The notes under the pieces are model-generated. The model was given only the letters and a program-made list of their open reading frames with translations. It did no database searches and was not told where the DNA came from. The translations under genes were made by a program, and so were the position numbers. Shown here piece after piece: positions 49,145-61,847 of a stretch of DNA of 64,000 nucleotides; position 1 is the stretch's first letter, and every line of letters begins with the position of its first letter. The stretch is taken from contig CM039002.1 of NCBI GenBank assembly GCA_017499595.2, positions 1,550,001 to 1,614,000 of the forward strand. Reading direction: 5' to 3'. Origin of the DNA: Psilocybe cubensis (taxonomy: Eukaryota).

Positions 49145-51092
49145 AGAGTTGTTTGTTATGACCGTTATTAAAAGTTAATGCTGGATCTGTATAATTATTT
49201 GCTACACATACGCTTCAGTCGATTCTTCTATGATAATTGTAGAAAGTTAATCGTCTGTCTAATGAAAGGAGTGATGTCACTCACCGTGCATCCTTTTTTA
49301 TGAAGATTTTCTTGCCGCACATCGTATGGGAGCATACGTAGACGTTGGTGGTTGAGTGCAGGACTCAGAATGCGGTGGGGTGCTCACTATGACGGAAATT
49401 TGAAACTTGTTTCTGATGCGATTAAATCCATAACTCCTCGGAAATTCTACATTCTACTGCAGGACGTCGAGTTTTCCTTGCTCTCGGATATCATATAAAT
49501 CATCCAGGTGTCTGGGTTAATGTTTGTAATTGAATACTCTCTTGCAAGCGGAACGATCTAGCGGAGCGGACCCAATGTGCCTTCAATCATCAAGGCGCGG
49601 GTAATCTCATATTTGCTTCAATAAATCTGGAACATATTTGTAACCCAACTGTATGTCGGAGAAGGGCTGGGCGCGTTGTCTAGCGTCTTTATTTCCTCAT
49701 TGTTTCTCAGCGTCCAACGTGTTCCAGAAGCATTTGATACGAATCCTGACAGACTGATTTTTTTAATCGTTGAATATCAGCTTGTAATAGCAAAGGGGTT
49801 AATCCACAAGTTCATATCATACCTTGACGTCGTACGTCGCAGATATGCATGTCGACGCGCTAAATAGGAAAAGACTCGCGTAAATCATCTGCTTTAGGCC
49901 CGACACGTCCTCGAGAAGTCTATTCTTTTCTCCCAAGCCTTGACGCAAGTGGGTAAGAATTTTCGAAGGGGACAAGGACACATGGTGAGCGGAATCGTCA
50001 GATGAACCCGGCTGTTATCTCCCGACCAGCTCCCGACCTATGTATACCACTCTTTGACACATCTGACCATCTGAACAGTTGAGACCCAGTATTTCGCGTC
50101 TGCCACGGTGTGAAAAGATTGACTTGAATCTGTACCAGAATGAACCATTGAGCGCAAGGCTTGCGGAATCGAGAAACCTCCTCTTCTGCCTGTCGGAAAA
50201 AAAGGAAGACTTCGATCCGCGCACCTGAATGTTAATCGCGTACTATGTAAAAGTACGCTGATCATGCACGCAATGATAAGCTCGCTGCGCTAGCGGGCGA
50301 TTGGCGTTCCAAACCGTGAGTTTGCTCATGCCTATCGTTGTCTGGAGACTGGGGAAATTGATTGTAGGTGTCGGTTTTGACAGACAGGAGAGAGACGCGA
50401 TATTTGGCCTTCTGTGTCCTTAAGGCCAACTACGCCTTGCCTTTGGTCAATGGGACTGATCCCGTCATCTAGTCGCTGCGTCTCGTTACACGTCGAACAT
50501 ACATTGAAAATCCACCTTTCTTCCCTCCCCGAGACCGAGCTTCGCAAAGAAAACATATGCTATCTGCGAGTCAAAAGCCAGCTACGCTTATACTTACTTC
50601 TCCGCCTACAACCACAACCGCCTCCGTTCTGTGACGCAAACGGAAGGGTGTGAACGCGAGACACCGCTAAATGCCACCACGATTCGTATTAGCGACAACT
50701 CAGCTACTTGCTTCGGCCATGAGCTATTTATAACACAGATCACCGAAGTCTTAGACGCAATGCGGGATTAACTAGGAGTCACGGTCCTTGTTTGACAACG
50801 GTCCTTGCTGGATTTTCAACACCTCTTATCAAAAGTCCCCAGTTTCTTTCAATAATCAGGTCAATTCGATTACCGATCCTCCATTAGGAAAAGGTTAACC
50901 CCCGATGTTATCACACTCCGCGGTTAACTTGATGCTGATAATTTGGCATCTAAGACAGTATTATCCTTGAGCATAGGAGTATATAAACATCTGGGAGCGA
51001 CATATTCTTCAGTAACCTACTAACACTCCCCGCTCGGGATCTTGCGTCAAGCATATTTCCCGGGTTATACTGTTGGCCATATCTCTCCAGCC

Positions 51093-53322
51093 ATGGCTCC
51101 ATTGTCTTACACCGACACACTATTAGCAATCGTCGGCGCCAGTGTAGTATGTATCCAGCTTGATTATCCAAAACAGGCTTATCATCAATTATCTGCAGGC
51201 CGTGCATCTTACTTACAAGAAGTTTGAATCATACGAGCCCATTGTTGCCTTTGGTTTACTTGTCCTAGTCCCATCTGCACTTTCGGCTCTTTACCTACCG
51301 CACGCAGTCAGCTTGGCATGGGCGGCGCTTACCGTGTTTCCCCTCTTTTGGACCTCCCTGCTTACATCTATACTCATCTACCGTCTCTCTCCTTGGCACC
51401 CACTGGCTCAATATCCCGGACCACTGCTGTGCAAAGTGTCCAAATTCTACCTCGCGTTCCGTTCACTCAATGGAAAGCAGTATATCTATTATGATCAACT
51501 ACACGAGAAATATGGCAATGTCGTCAGAATTGGTTAGTCGAAGGGCTGCCGCGGCCCTGAATAATCTATTTACGTGAGCGCGCTTTTTACCCAGGTCCCA
51601 ATGAGCTTTCGATATGCGATGCAAACGCTATACAACCCCTCTTAGGCAACACTGGCTTGCCTAAAGGCCAATGTAAGCCATTCTGATTGACTGCGTTAAT
51701 GAGATACTTGTGTTTATTTTTTTTTGCATAGTTTGGGATGGGAGGATTCCCGAATCGGAGGTCGTGAAACCCTTGATTGCCATTCGCGACAAGACAGAGC
51801 ACACCCGTAGAAGGCGTCCATGGACCAGGGCTTTCAGCACTAATGCCTTGAAAGGATATGAAGAATTGGTCGTTAAAAGGTCAACACAGCTCGTAGACTC
51901 CCTAGCCGCCGAGAAAGGCGTCACGAACCTCGCCAAATGGATTTCTTTCTTCACGTATGTCGCTCTACTTGACAGTATATATATGTCTAATTTTGTTCGA
52001 CATACTTCTAGATATGATATTATGAGCGACCTCGCGTAAGTACCCTTTCCTGGGTATAAAAAATGATATTCATCTTCTGATATGTTTCTTCTGACTCAGT
52101 TTTGGAGGAGGATCAGAAATGATGGCGCAAGGTGATGTTACTGGACTTTGGCACTTGTTGGAAGGAGGTCAAAAGTAAAATCAGCCTTCCCGTTTTTATG
52201 TTTATTGTTCTCATCCATTTTCATCAGGAATGCAGTATTTATGAGCCACGTTCCATGGCTAGGCCGGCTCTTTTTCCGATACCCTAAATTTGCAGCGGAA
52301 CTCAAGGCCTTCCGTGCGCACGCTCGGTCTCGAGCTGTGGTAAGAAAAAATGAGGGGTCTGCATACAAGGATATTTTCCACCACTTGGTGCGCCAACCGC
52401 ATACACAAACGAATAATGATATTAATCGTGCACCTTATTTCTAGATGGACGAAGATGGCGTTGCTTCCGAGCGCCCCACCGCTGTTGAGGTGACCAGCGA
52501 TGGTACATCAATTCATTCATCTGGTAAAAGAATTTTTATTGACGGTTGTGCCAGGCGGTCTTGCCATCATTGCTGGATCTGACACGACATCAAGCGCCAT
52601 GACGCATTTGTTTTTCTTCCTGATGTGCAATCCGACGGCATACAAACGCTTGCAGGCTGAAGTCGATCAGCTCGGTAATGATGTCCTAGATACCACAAAA
52701 CATGCACATATGCCTTACCTAAACGCCGCAATGTATGTAAATTTAATTATACCTACAGTAGAAGATACTGATTTCGCGACAGCAATGAAGCCATGCGATT
52801 ACTTCCTCCAATTTTGGGAGGATCACAACGCACACCTGATAAAGGTAGTGGTGGCAGAATGCTTGGCTCATAGTGAGTGGACCTAAAATGTTATTCATGA
52901 TCATACTAAACATATCCAATAGTTTCCTGGCTGAAGGCAACAGCGCGTTTATTCCCACTTACAGCCTACACCGGGATCCTCGAAACTTTTCTCCTGCCAC
53001 CGACGCTTTCTACCCTGAGCGATGGTTCTCGGAAGAAAAGAGGATCAATCTTGAACCAAAAGTTTTCGGAAATCCGTCAGAGTTTATCCATAACTCAGCG
53101 GCTTTCATTCCCTTCTCACTGGGTCCCACCAATTGTGCGGGTAAAAATCTGGCATACATGGAGATGCGTATGGTAATTTGCATGATTATGCAACAACTAG
53201 ACTTGAGGTTTCAAGACGGTTACGACCCAAGTAACTGGCAAGTTGACATGCTGGACTACTTTGTTACGCTTAAAGGTGTGCTCCCCGTGATTGTCACCCC
53301 TCGTAAAGGGTCTAGATACTAG
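51093..53322 (+). CDS. Cytochrome P450 monooxygenase (multi-exon)
   Basis: HPLAQYPGP, VVRIGPNELS, I-helix AGSDTT, EAMR (ExxR), PERW, heme motif FSLGPTNCAG. Confidence 0.93.
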
Positions 53323-53534
53323 ACATTTATTTGTTGTAACCTTAATCTATTACCCAGATTTGCTTTGTCTTTTCGAATTTCCAGTAGTTGTGAAATGAAA
53401 ATGTATATCATTCTTGTTAGGATCATTAATATACACAACATATGCAACAGATCGCAAACAAGTAAAGCAAGAAAAAAAAATACGGGATATTTCAGGACAC
53501 ACAACAAAGAGAAACTACAAAACCAATTCCAATC

Positions 53535-55024
53535 CTATTTACGAGCGGCTCTCTTCCTAACTTCCTCATCTTTGCATGAATGCAACATAATTTTGTTAGG
53601 GGCCCCAGGAGTCATGCCCGAGTGGCCCTTAGACCAGTCGTAGGAAACGGCGTAGGCAAAGATGTTACCGTTTCTGTTGAAGGTCGTGGAAGAGATAGGA
53701 CCCGGAGCAGCATCGAATGCTAGAGAAAAATTTAGTCAAGGTAGACCAAAAGGCACAATTAACAGTTACTCTTTAGACGGGTACGGGCGTCCTTATCCCA
53801 GAAGTGGATGGTACCGTCAGATCCTAATATCTCCGTGAATAACGTTGGATAGAAATAAGAGATCTGAACGTACCACAAGTGGAAAATGTTCCATGAACTG
53901 GGTGGAAGGAGATATCGTTAACGGCGTAGACGAGTGCCTGGTCTTTTGCGTTTGGGGTAGAGTCGCGGCGGTGACACTTGAAAGAAAAGTTGCTCCTATT
54001 GAAAATGTATTAGAATTCGGTGTATGATGAATGGTTCTCACTCACTGCACATCCTTATCCTCAACGTATCTAATAAAAGATAAGCTTCTTTCCAAACATC
54101 AATGTCGCAGAACTCACTGAATAGCAACGCGACCTTCTACACTTCCAACGGCGAAGCCGCTGTTGGCAGGAGAGGTGGTGAAGCACGATACAACACGTGT
54201 TTGCCATTTCAAAGGAGACTGAATAGTCTGCTCCGAAAGTCAGTCATGAAAACGTCCAACAGGACAGATGAACTGCACCTTATACGCAGTGTTTGGGTTG
54301 GAAAGATTGAAAATCTGGATATGACGTTCTGCTGTGCCAACGACCATCAGAGGGTATTGAATGTCAAAAGTGTAGCATCGTTCTGGAAGGGTGACAGTCG
54401 CAACAGGGTTGGGGGTACGTAGATCCCAATACTGATAGACAAGGTTAAACACACACAATACAATGCAGAGAGGAAATGGACGCACCTTGATAGTTTTATC
54501 CCAACTTCCTGTTGCTAGAATACCCGCCCCTGGGACATCAACCCAGGAAATTACTTTTATCGGAGCATCGTGTTGGGCAACCTGCGTGGCTTGGCCAGTG
54601 GTCACGTCAAACATACGTCCGGCATTGTCTGCCCCTCCAGAAAAGATCTTGTTTCCCTCCTAAAGCACCACGTCAACGCGATCGCGCGTAAATTGAAGCA
54701 GATTATATACCTTGTTCCAGCAAACGTCCAGTACAGGGCCTTGATGTTGATACATTGCCTTCCCTTGAGTCTGGCCATTAGCGCCAACTTCGTAGATTCG
54801 AACCTAGATAGTGCGAGATGGGAACAAAGGCGTGTAGAAGTCGCCAAATTACGTACACTGTTATCCCAGCTTCCAACAGCCAAGTAGTCTGCTTGGCTGG
54901 AGAAGGACAAGGACGAAATGGAGTCCGAAGGGGGTTCAGCAACTTCAATATCCTTTTCTGCAGTAGCTGAAGTGTTTGCAGCCGCCCCCACAGTGGAGGA
55001 GGCCGTACTCCCAAAGAAAGACAT
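53535..55024 (-). CDS. RAE1: Poly(A)+ RNA export WD40 protein Rae1/Gle2
   Basis: PPSDSISSLSFS, GSWDKTIKYWDLR, VGSVEGRVAI, FSFKCHR, AYAVSYDWSKGH. Confidence 0.93.
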
Positions 55025-55646
55025 TATGCGTATAAGAAATGTGCACCAGTATCAAGAGGTTGTTCAAGGAGGACAAGAAGCGAAAGATGTAGGCAAAACC
55101 AAAACGCAAGTTGGGACCACAACAGTTTGAATTTGGGTTGAGGCACATGTCCATTTTTGGATGACATTTACGACATAACGTGACTCATGGTTGGATGCAA
55201 TCACGGATTTTGCACTGAGTTTTGTATTCGGGTTTCGTATTAATACACATGAAATAGTCGTGCTACAGTACATCTCTATCGTAAGGGTTTGCGACTCGCC
55301 CCTTTTCGAGGATGGCATAGACTAGAAAAGAAGAAGCTTGAGATGATGATGTGAAGAGTATGACGTCGAATCAAAAAAATGAAGAGGTCGTGATATCTAG
55401 TGAAGTGAGTGGGTGAACGAATCTAACTGAACGAACAATGCAATGAATTATGGCGAATGTTGATAAAAAAAGTTACTAGGCAAATATGCCTAGAGGAGAT
55501 CAAATACTGATTAATATAAGGTATCGAATTGGGGTATGTTGAAATAAAGTCAAATGCTGGCGGCCAGATGTGTTGATTGTCGATTTGATGTCGTTTGCTT
55601 CGGAGTATGCATAAAATAGACAAGTCATGGACGGAGCGATAATAAA

Positions 55647-58600
55647 TTAGGCTATGTTTTCTTTGCCAGCGAATTGGCGGTAGACGGGGTCATCTTTCGA
55701 TGTCTCGGGGTGTATCTGGAGCTTGCCCTCCCATAGAGCAGCAGAGGACCTCGAAGGATCAGCATGTGCTGGATCAGACAACGAACCAGCCTGAAGATAT
55801 GCTTGACCTGCAGCTACAGCGCCGATCATCAACGTCGGGGCCATCGTCAGAACAGATGATCTGAAGGAAAGTCAGTATCAGTTGATAGAGTAAACATACA
55901 GAAAGCCATACATTGTCATCTGGTCATTTTGGTTGCTGAGACGCGCGGACCGACTTTTGAGGACAAATGATGACGACCTAACACGACCGCCACGGATGTT
56001 GGCGAAAGTGCTAAGGTTGTCCCGAACAAGATTGATAGCGCCACTCCACCCATCCGTGTCTGGCTTGACAGTAGGAAGAACCTCTGGTTTACCGACCAGC
56101 CTGATAAACTTGAAGAAGGACTCGAACGGCTTGGTGGGCATACAGCGGATAACGGCACCCCAAGGAATGGAGACAAATCCAAGAGCAAGTGAAATTCCCC
56201 ATTCGCGTCCGCTGATTCGTGTCACCTGGAAAGCGGCACCGCCAACGAAAACAATGAGAACCTGGATGACGATTTCTATAACGACAAAGTTAGTATATAT
56301 GCGCTAAAGATGTTAACCTTTACATACCGAGCAACGTGATCCCAATGAAGAAGCGATTCTTTGTAATGCCCTCGAAGATATTGAGTTTGCTATCAAGTCG
56401 CCTACAGTTGACGGAGTTGAAGATTTGGGCAAATACGAAAGCGTTGAAAACAAGAGTCTTAATTTCAAGCTCCCGGTGCTCAGTATGCTCGAAACCAAGA
56501 ATGTCGATACCACGGAAGTGGAACAGAAGGATGATAGTAACTTGATAAATAGACTGCATCAGGATCATCTTGTACATCTCGACGCTGAACAAAGGAGCGG
56601 TTTTCTTATCCGGCTTGCGATCTAGGAGTTTTTCGGTAGCAGGATCGGTGGCAAGAGCCAATGCTGCAAAGGTATCCATAATGATGTTGATCCAAAGCAG
56701 TTGGACAGCCGACAAGACGGACTCCTCCTCAACAGACGCGACAGCGGATACGAAGGTGATAATAACGGCGGTGACGTTGGTGGAAATCTGGAACTGCAAG
56801 AATTTGCGGACAGCGTCATTGACGCAGCGACCCCACATGATAGCCTTGACGATCGACGAGAAATTGTCATCCATGAGGATGATATCGGACGCCTCTTTAG
56901 CCACTTCCGTTCCAGCGATACCCATAGAGAAACCAACATTGGCGGTTTTGAGGGCAGGGCCATCGTTGGTACCATCACCAGTGACACCAACGACTTCACC
57001 GATCTTCTTGAGAGTTTCGACGAGAATTTTCTTGTCTTCCGGTGATGAACGGGCAAGGACTTGTAGACGGGGAACGATCTCGATCATTTCGGCCTGACTC
57101 AGTTGACGAAAAACGGGTCCTTCCATGATGATACCGCCTTTGGTGAAGATACCGCACTGCGTAGCAATGGAACGAGCAGTGAGAACATTATCTCCAGTAC
57201 ACATCTTGACAGTGACACCGGCACGATGACATTTCATGACCGCATCCTGGACGCCATCACGGAGCGGATCTTCAATACCAGTTATACCGATGAGGGTCAA
57301 GTCACGGGCAAGATCCTCGAAAGGAACCTGAGTAATTGTCCATTAGTATCTGCTGAATGAAGGGATGAAATAAATCGAAACTAACCTCGTTGCTATCGTC
57401 GTAGGAGAGACCGGTGGGTGGCCAGCAGGTAAAGTCGCGATAACAAATAGCGATGGTGCGTAGAGACTGGTTAGCATAGAAGATGATAGTACGACTGATG
57501 TTGTCCTGAGCAAGTTCATCGATAGCCTCAGTTTCGACATCTTCAGAATGTTTACCATCTTTGTTGACAACAACGTGACGAGTAGACTTCTTCGCGAGAA
57601 TCTCACTAGCGCCCTTGAAATACGCACGATATCCGCCGTTGGGGAGCTTGACAACCACGCCCATCGCCTTGCGCTCGCTAGAGAAAGGAATCATTTGAAC
57701 AATTTCGGCTGCGTTGCGAGTCTGTTGGAAGGGAGGCCAGTTAAGTTCCTTGGCGAATTCAAGTAAAGCGGTCTCGGTCTTGCTCCCGACAAAGATAGTC
57801 TTCGAGGCAGGTGGTGCATTGTCATTGGCCTTCTTCTTCTTGCCCTGCAAATCGGCGAGTGTCAGATCCTCAGCAACGATATCCTCGAACGCAGTGGAGT
57901 TGACGGCGATGGCTTCATTAAGGAGATTCTGAAGTGCGGGTGATAGGACTTGGTTGAGATCAGCCAGCTCGATGGAGAAATCCTGCGGGTGTTTGCGCGT
58001 AACTTCGGTGCCAGATGCTGACTTTTCATCTGCGTTGGATCGCGCCGCGTTCTGGTCGAGATTACGAACAAATTTAGCGTGAATGCCAATGGAACCCGCA
58101 ACAACAGTCATGGAATTTTGAGTGAGAGTGCCAGTCTTGTCAGTGCAGATGACGGAGGCGTTGGCCATGGTCTCACATGAACCCAGAACGCGAACAAGAA
58201 GGTTCTCATATGTCATGCGTTTCGTCGCAAATGCTAGCGCAAGTGTTACAGCCAAAGGCAGGCCTAGAATGGCATGTTTAGGCAAGATCAAAAGGAACTA
58301 GATATGATGACAAACCTTCGGGGACAGCAACGACAACCAAAGTAACGGAGATGATCAAGATGTTGACAAAAGCAATTCCCTTTTCATTGGCATTACTGCA
58401 CGGGTATGTAAATTAGCATCACACAATCCAAAATAGAGGAAAAAATTACATACCGCACAGGTTCTCCTTGACCAAGCTGTACGAAGAATCGAATCATTAA
58501 AGAGAAGAATAGAATGGAACCGGCGACGGATCCAATCTTTGCAATAAGTTCAGCGAGTGCGTTCAACTTTAGCTGAAGAGGAGTGTTTTCGGTATCGCCA

Positions 58601-60396
58601 CGTAAAGCTGTGACAGGATAAATTATTGCCGCCAGGACCGCAAGGTGGAAATAACAACTTACCCATCATGATACGACCGTTGAAGCTTTTAGTACCGACA
58701 GCTACGACAACGTATTTGCCGACACCCTCCAAGACTTTGCTACCAGAAATCATGAAGCAGTCCGTATGTCCGGTGTGAGGGTCCTGGCCCGCAGCGAGAG
58801 CTTTACGATGATGTTCAAGGACTTCGTGGTACGAAAGCTTCTTGATGGCATCGGATTCACCGGTAGCACCGGACTCATCACATTTCACGTTGTGACCAGA
58901 AATGAATATGCCATCGCAAGGGATAATTTCTCCAGGTTCCACTAGAGCGATGTCGCCAACGAGAACTTCCTAAAATAGTTTATGGTCAGGCAGTGTAGTG
59001 ATATCATGATGATGGATACTAACCTTGATATCAATAACTTTTTCAATACCATCTCGAATGACTTTGACACCGCGTTCTTCCTTACGCTCATTGAGAGCTT
59101 TGAATTGACGCTCCTTTTGCCAATCATTAACTGACCCAACGATAACCTGCGCTAAATGAGCACATATTCTTACAATGGATAATGAAGATGTTACTTACGA
59201 CAATGCTGATAGCAATAATGATCGCTACGCCTTCTACCCAATCTACAGGAGGTTCACCAGGTTTACGCGGAGTTCCAAAGTCTTGGAAAAGACCAAGTGC
59301 AAGGGAAATAGCAGCAGCAATCGAGAGTAGTATCTAAGTTCAATCGAGTGAGAAACTGAGGTGAAGAGTCAATGCAAGAGATACGCACCAAAACTTTGTC
59401 CTTCAAAGCAGTCCACATGAGCTGTAGCAAAGTCTTGCTAACTCGGGTAGGAAGAAGATTAGTGCCAAAAACTCGTCTCCTGTCCTCCAGCGTGGCAGAG
59501 ATAGTGGTACCATCGTCACTTCCAGTGGGTGACGCGAGTTTGCCATTTGGTTCAGTCAAAACAATTTCAGGTAGGTTACCATGATCAGAGCTGGTACGCG
59601 CTTCTTGCTGATGAGATTCTTTGTGACCCAAGCTTGGACGATGACCATGATCGGCCCCAAGTGTCGATGCGTCTGTACTGGATAGACCCCGCTCTGCGTC
59701 CGTACCAAGCCCTCGGAGAAGTCCGTCAATTCCACCAAAGGATCTGAGAGCGTCTAGATTTTTAGGGTCGAGAATGTGGGCAAGCTGGTATGGTTTGAAG
59801 CGGAAAGGTGCAGGGTCAATAGCGTCGTCCTGAGACAGTTCAAGTTGATGAGCTGTTAAAGTAGGCTCGTCCTTGTCATCCTTTTTTCCCTTCTTTCCCT
59901 TCTTCCCCCCCTTCTCCGGCTTGCTGTTGTCGCTCTCTGACTCGGCAGGCTTTTTCTCACTATGAGAAGGCGAAGGAGAAAAAATGTCAACATGAGTAAC
60001 AGAAGTCGTCGTTGAGGGAACGTGCCGATAATCCGACTCTACGTCGGTCATTGAAGTAGCGTTGCTAGCCTTGCGGTTATGCGTCGCCAACCCAGGATTC
60101 AAAAGTCCGAGAGATGAAAGGCCAGACTTGTCTTCAGGCCTATTCTCGCGCAACTGGACGGTGGTAGGAAAGTTGCCAGAATGATTTGAAAGCGTAGGGG
60201 AAGGAGGGATGTAACTCGAGTCGGAAACGTCTGAAGGGGTAGGAGATGGGGGACCGTATGCATTTGATGGACTATGAGGGGAGAGTAAGCCTGAGGATGG
60301 GGGCAATGAGGACGCCACGTGTGGGTCTGTCGTAGCGGGGACGTCGACGGTTATGTTGATGGAAGGTATACTTCTGCTGTCCTCCCCGTGAGACAT
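55647..60396 (-). CDS. PMC1: P-type IIB Ca2+-transporting ATPase (vacuolar PMC1/PMCA)
   Basis: ATGESD, VPEGLPLAVT, ICTDKTGTLT, KGASE, TGDN, TGDGTNDGPALK, QLLWINIIMDTFAALALAT. Confidence 0.95.
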
Positions 60397-61757
60397 CGCG
60401 AAAGGTGGATGTGGGTGAGAAGGAATGAAATGTCTTTTGGTTGGGTCTTATTACAGTGCCAAGCCACGAGGCTGTGCATCCACAACTTTTAAAAGTTCCA
60501 GGGCAGGACCAATAGGGCGGTATCCTGGCTCTCAAAGTATTGAGCACTGGTATAATGGACTTGCTCTTGGCTGCCTCAACGCAGTGGTACAAGGCTATGG
60601 ATGAAGGCAGGTGAGCGAAGAGTTGCTTGCCCGAGTCCACCAGAAAACAGAGTTGCCTGATTGGGAAATCAACAAACAGAGTGCGCTGCCTGGCAAACGT
60701 GCTTTTATAGTCGTGCTTGGCCCTGCAACCGAGGCGCCTCCAACGGGAACGTTCATTGTCCCAAACTTGCCCAGCATTTTCTATTCTACTCCAATTCAGA
60801 AATTTAGAAATTGGAGTGCTGTTTGGTCCTGCGTCATTGCACCGAAACCGGAAATTCGAACTGTTCAAGTTGGAGCAAAATACACCCCTCTTGGCCTCCA
60901 TCATTAAATACGACAGGGAGGGGCTCCAGTTACCTATACCTGTATACAAATCAATCCAGAATGAACCTGTTCCTATTACAATGTGCGATCCTGCGATTCC
61001 CTGCCGAGACAAGTGTTCGTGGAACCTCATGGTTAGACACTGTGGTATTTAAAGGCTGTGCTTTCTAGATATCTCTGTTTTTTCATCCGCTCCAAAACGC
61101 TGAGCATGAAGCTTGCTTGCGACTCTTTCCATGCTTCTCTTGGGCACTTTTCGTTGCTGCATTGCATAAACGTTTGTGTTCCATCCTGATTGTCACCCCC
61201 ATCTCATTCCCATATCTAAGTATGTACTACTTTTAATTTCAGACTAATTGTATTCTTTCAGCTTCGCGGGATTGCATATGCCCTTCTGGAAATACTTGTG
61301 TGTAAATTATAGCTTGCCAGGTTCTCCATGCTGCTTCCTCGAAGTGCCACTAGAAGGTGCGATCATTTAAAGGAATGTCAGATGTGGACCATGATGTCTG
61401 AGGTCAGAACTGCATGCTCTGTCAATATGGACCATCTCCATGAATTCCGGTTACTCGCGATGGGAAGGTTTGGTTAATTGTTTTAAAAGTATGTGGAAAC
61501 CTTGAATGAATACCTCTTACATGCGTAGCTACCTTGGCGTACATATCCATATGCTTTGGCCACGAACGCTAATAAGTTGGCAAGTTGAAATTTCAACAAT
61601 CTACCAGCACAAAAATAGATCTGAATCTTGACAGTTTACCCCACAAAGCCTCCTAAGCGTGGCTCGCCTATCAAATCAAATTGAGTGTCTGAGGTACACA
61701 GGTAGGCACGTGACGCGTTTGTGGTATGTAAATGTCATTTTTTCAAAGAATATCGTT

Positions 61758-61842
61758 GGTGGATTGGCGTAATGGCAACGCGTCAGTTTCCGGTCGCTCG
61801 CCTGGTAGCTGAAGATTGCGAGTTCGAATCTCGCATTCATCG
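61758..61842 (+). tRNA. tRNA-Arg(CCG) with a 13-nt canonical intron (61794-61806)
   Basis: Acceptor GGTGGAT/ATTCATC, D stem GCGT/ACGC, anticodon stem TCAGT/GCTGA with CCG at 61790-61792, T arm GCGAG-TTCGAAT-CTCGC. Confidence 0.88.
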
Positions 61843-61847
61843 TTTTT
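61843..61847 (+). terminator. RNA polymerase III oligo-T terminator
   Basis: TTTTT immediately after the tRNA discriminator base. Confidence 0.7.

Noticed and set aside
56570-57097. Long antisense ORFs over PMC1 (and similar ones over the SH3, ABC1 and TF genes)
   Set aside because: Shadow ORFs expected opposite real coding exons
60272-61030. 252-aa minus-strand ORF overlapping the PMC1 start
   Set aside because: Different frame from PMC1, no motifs, atypical composition; probably chance or 5' UTR
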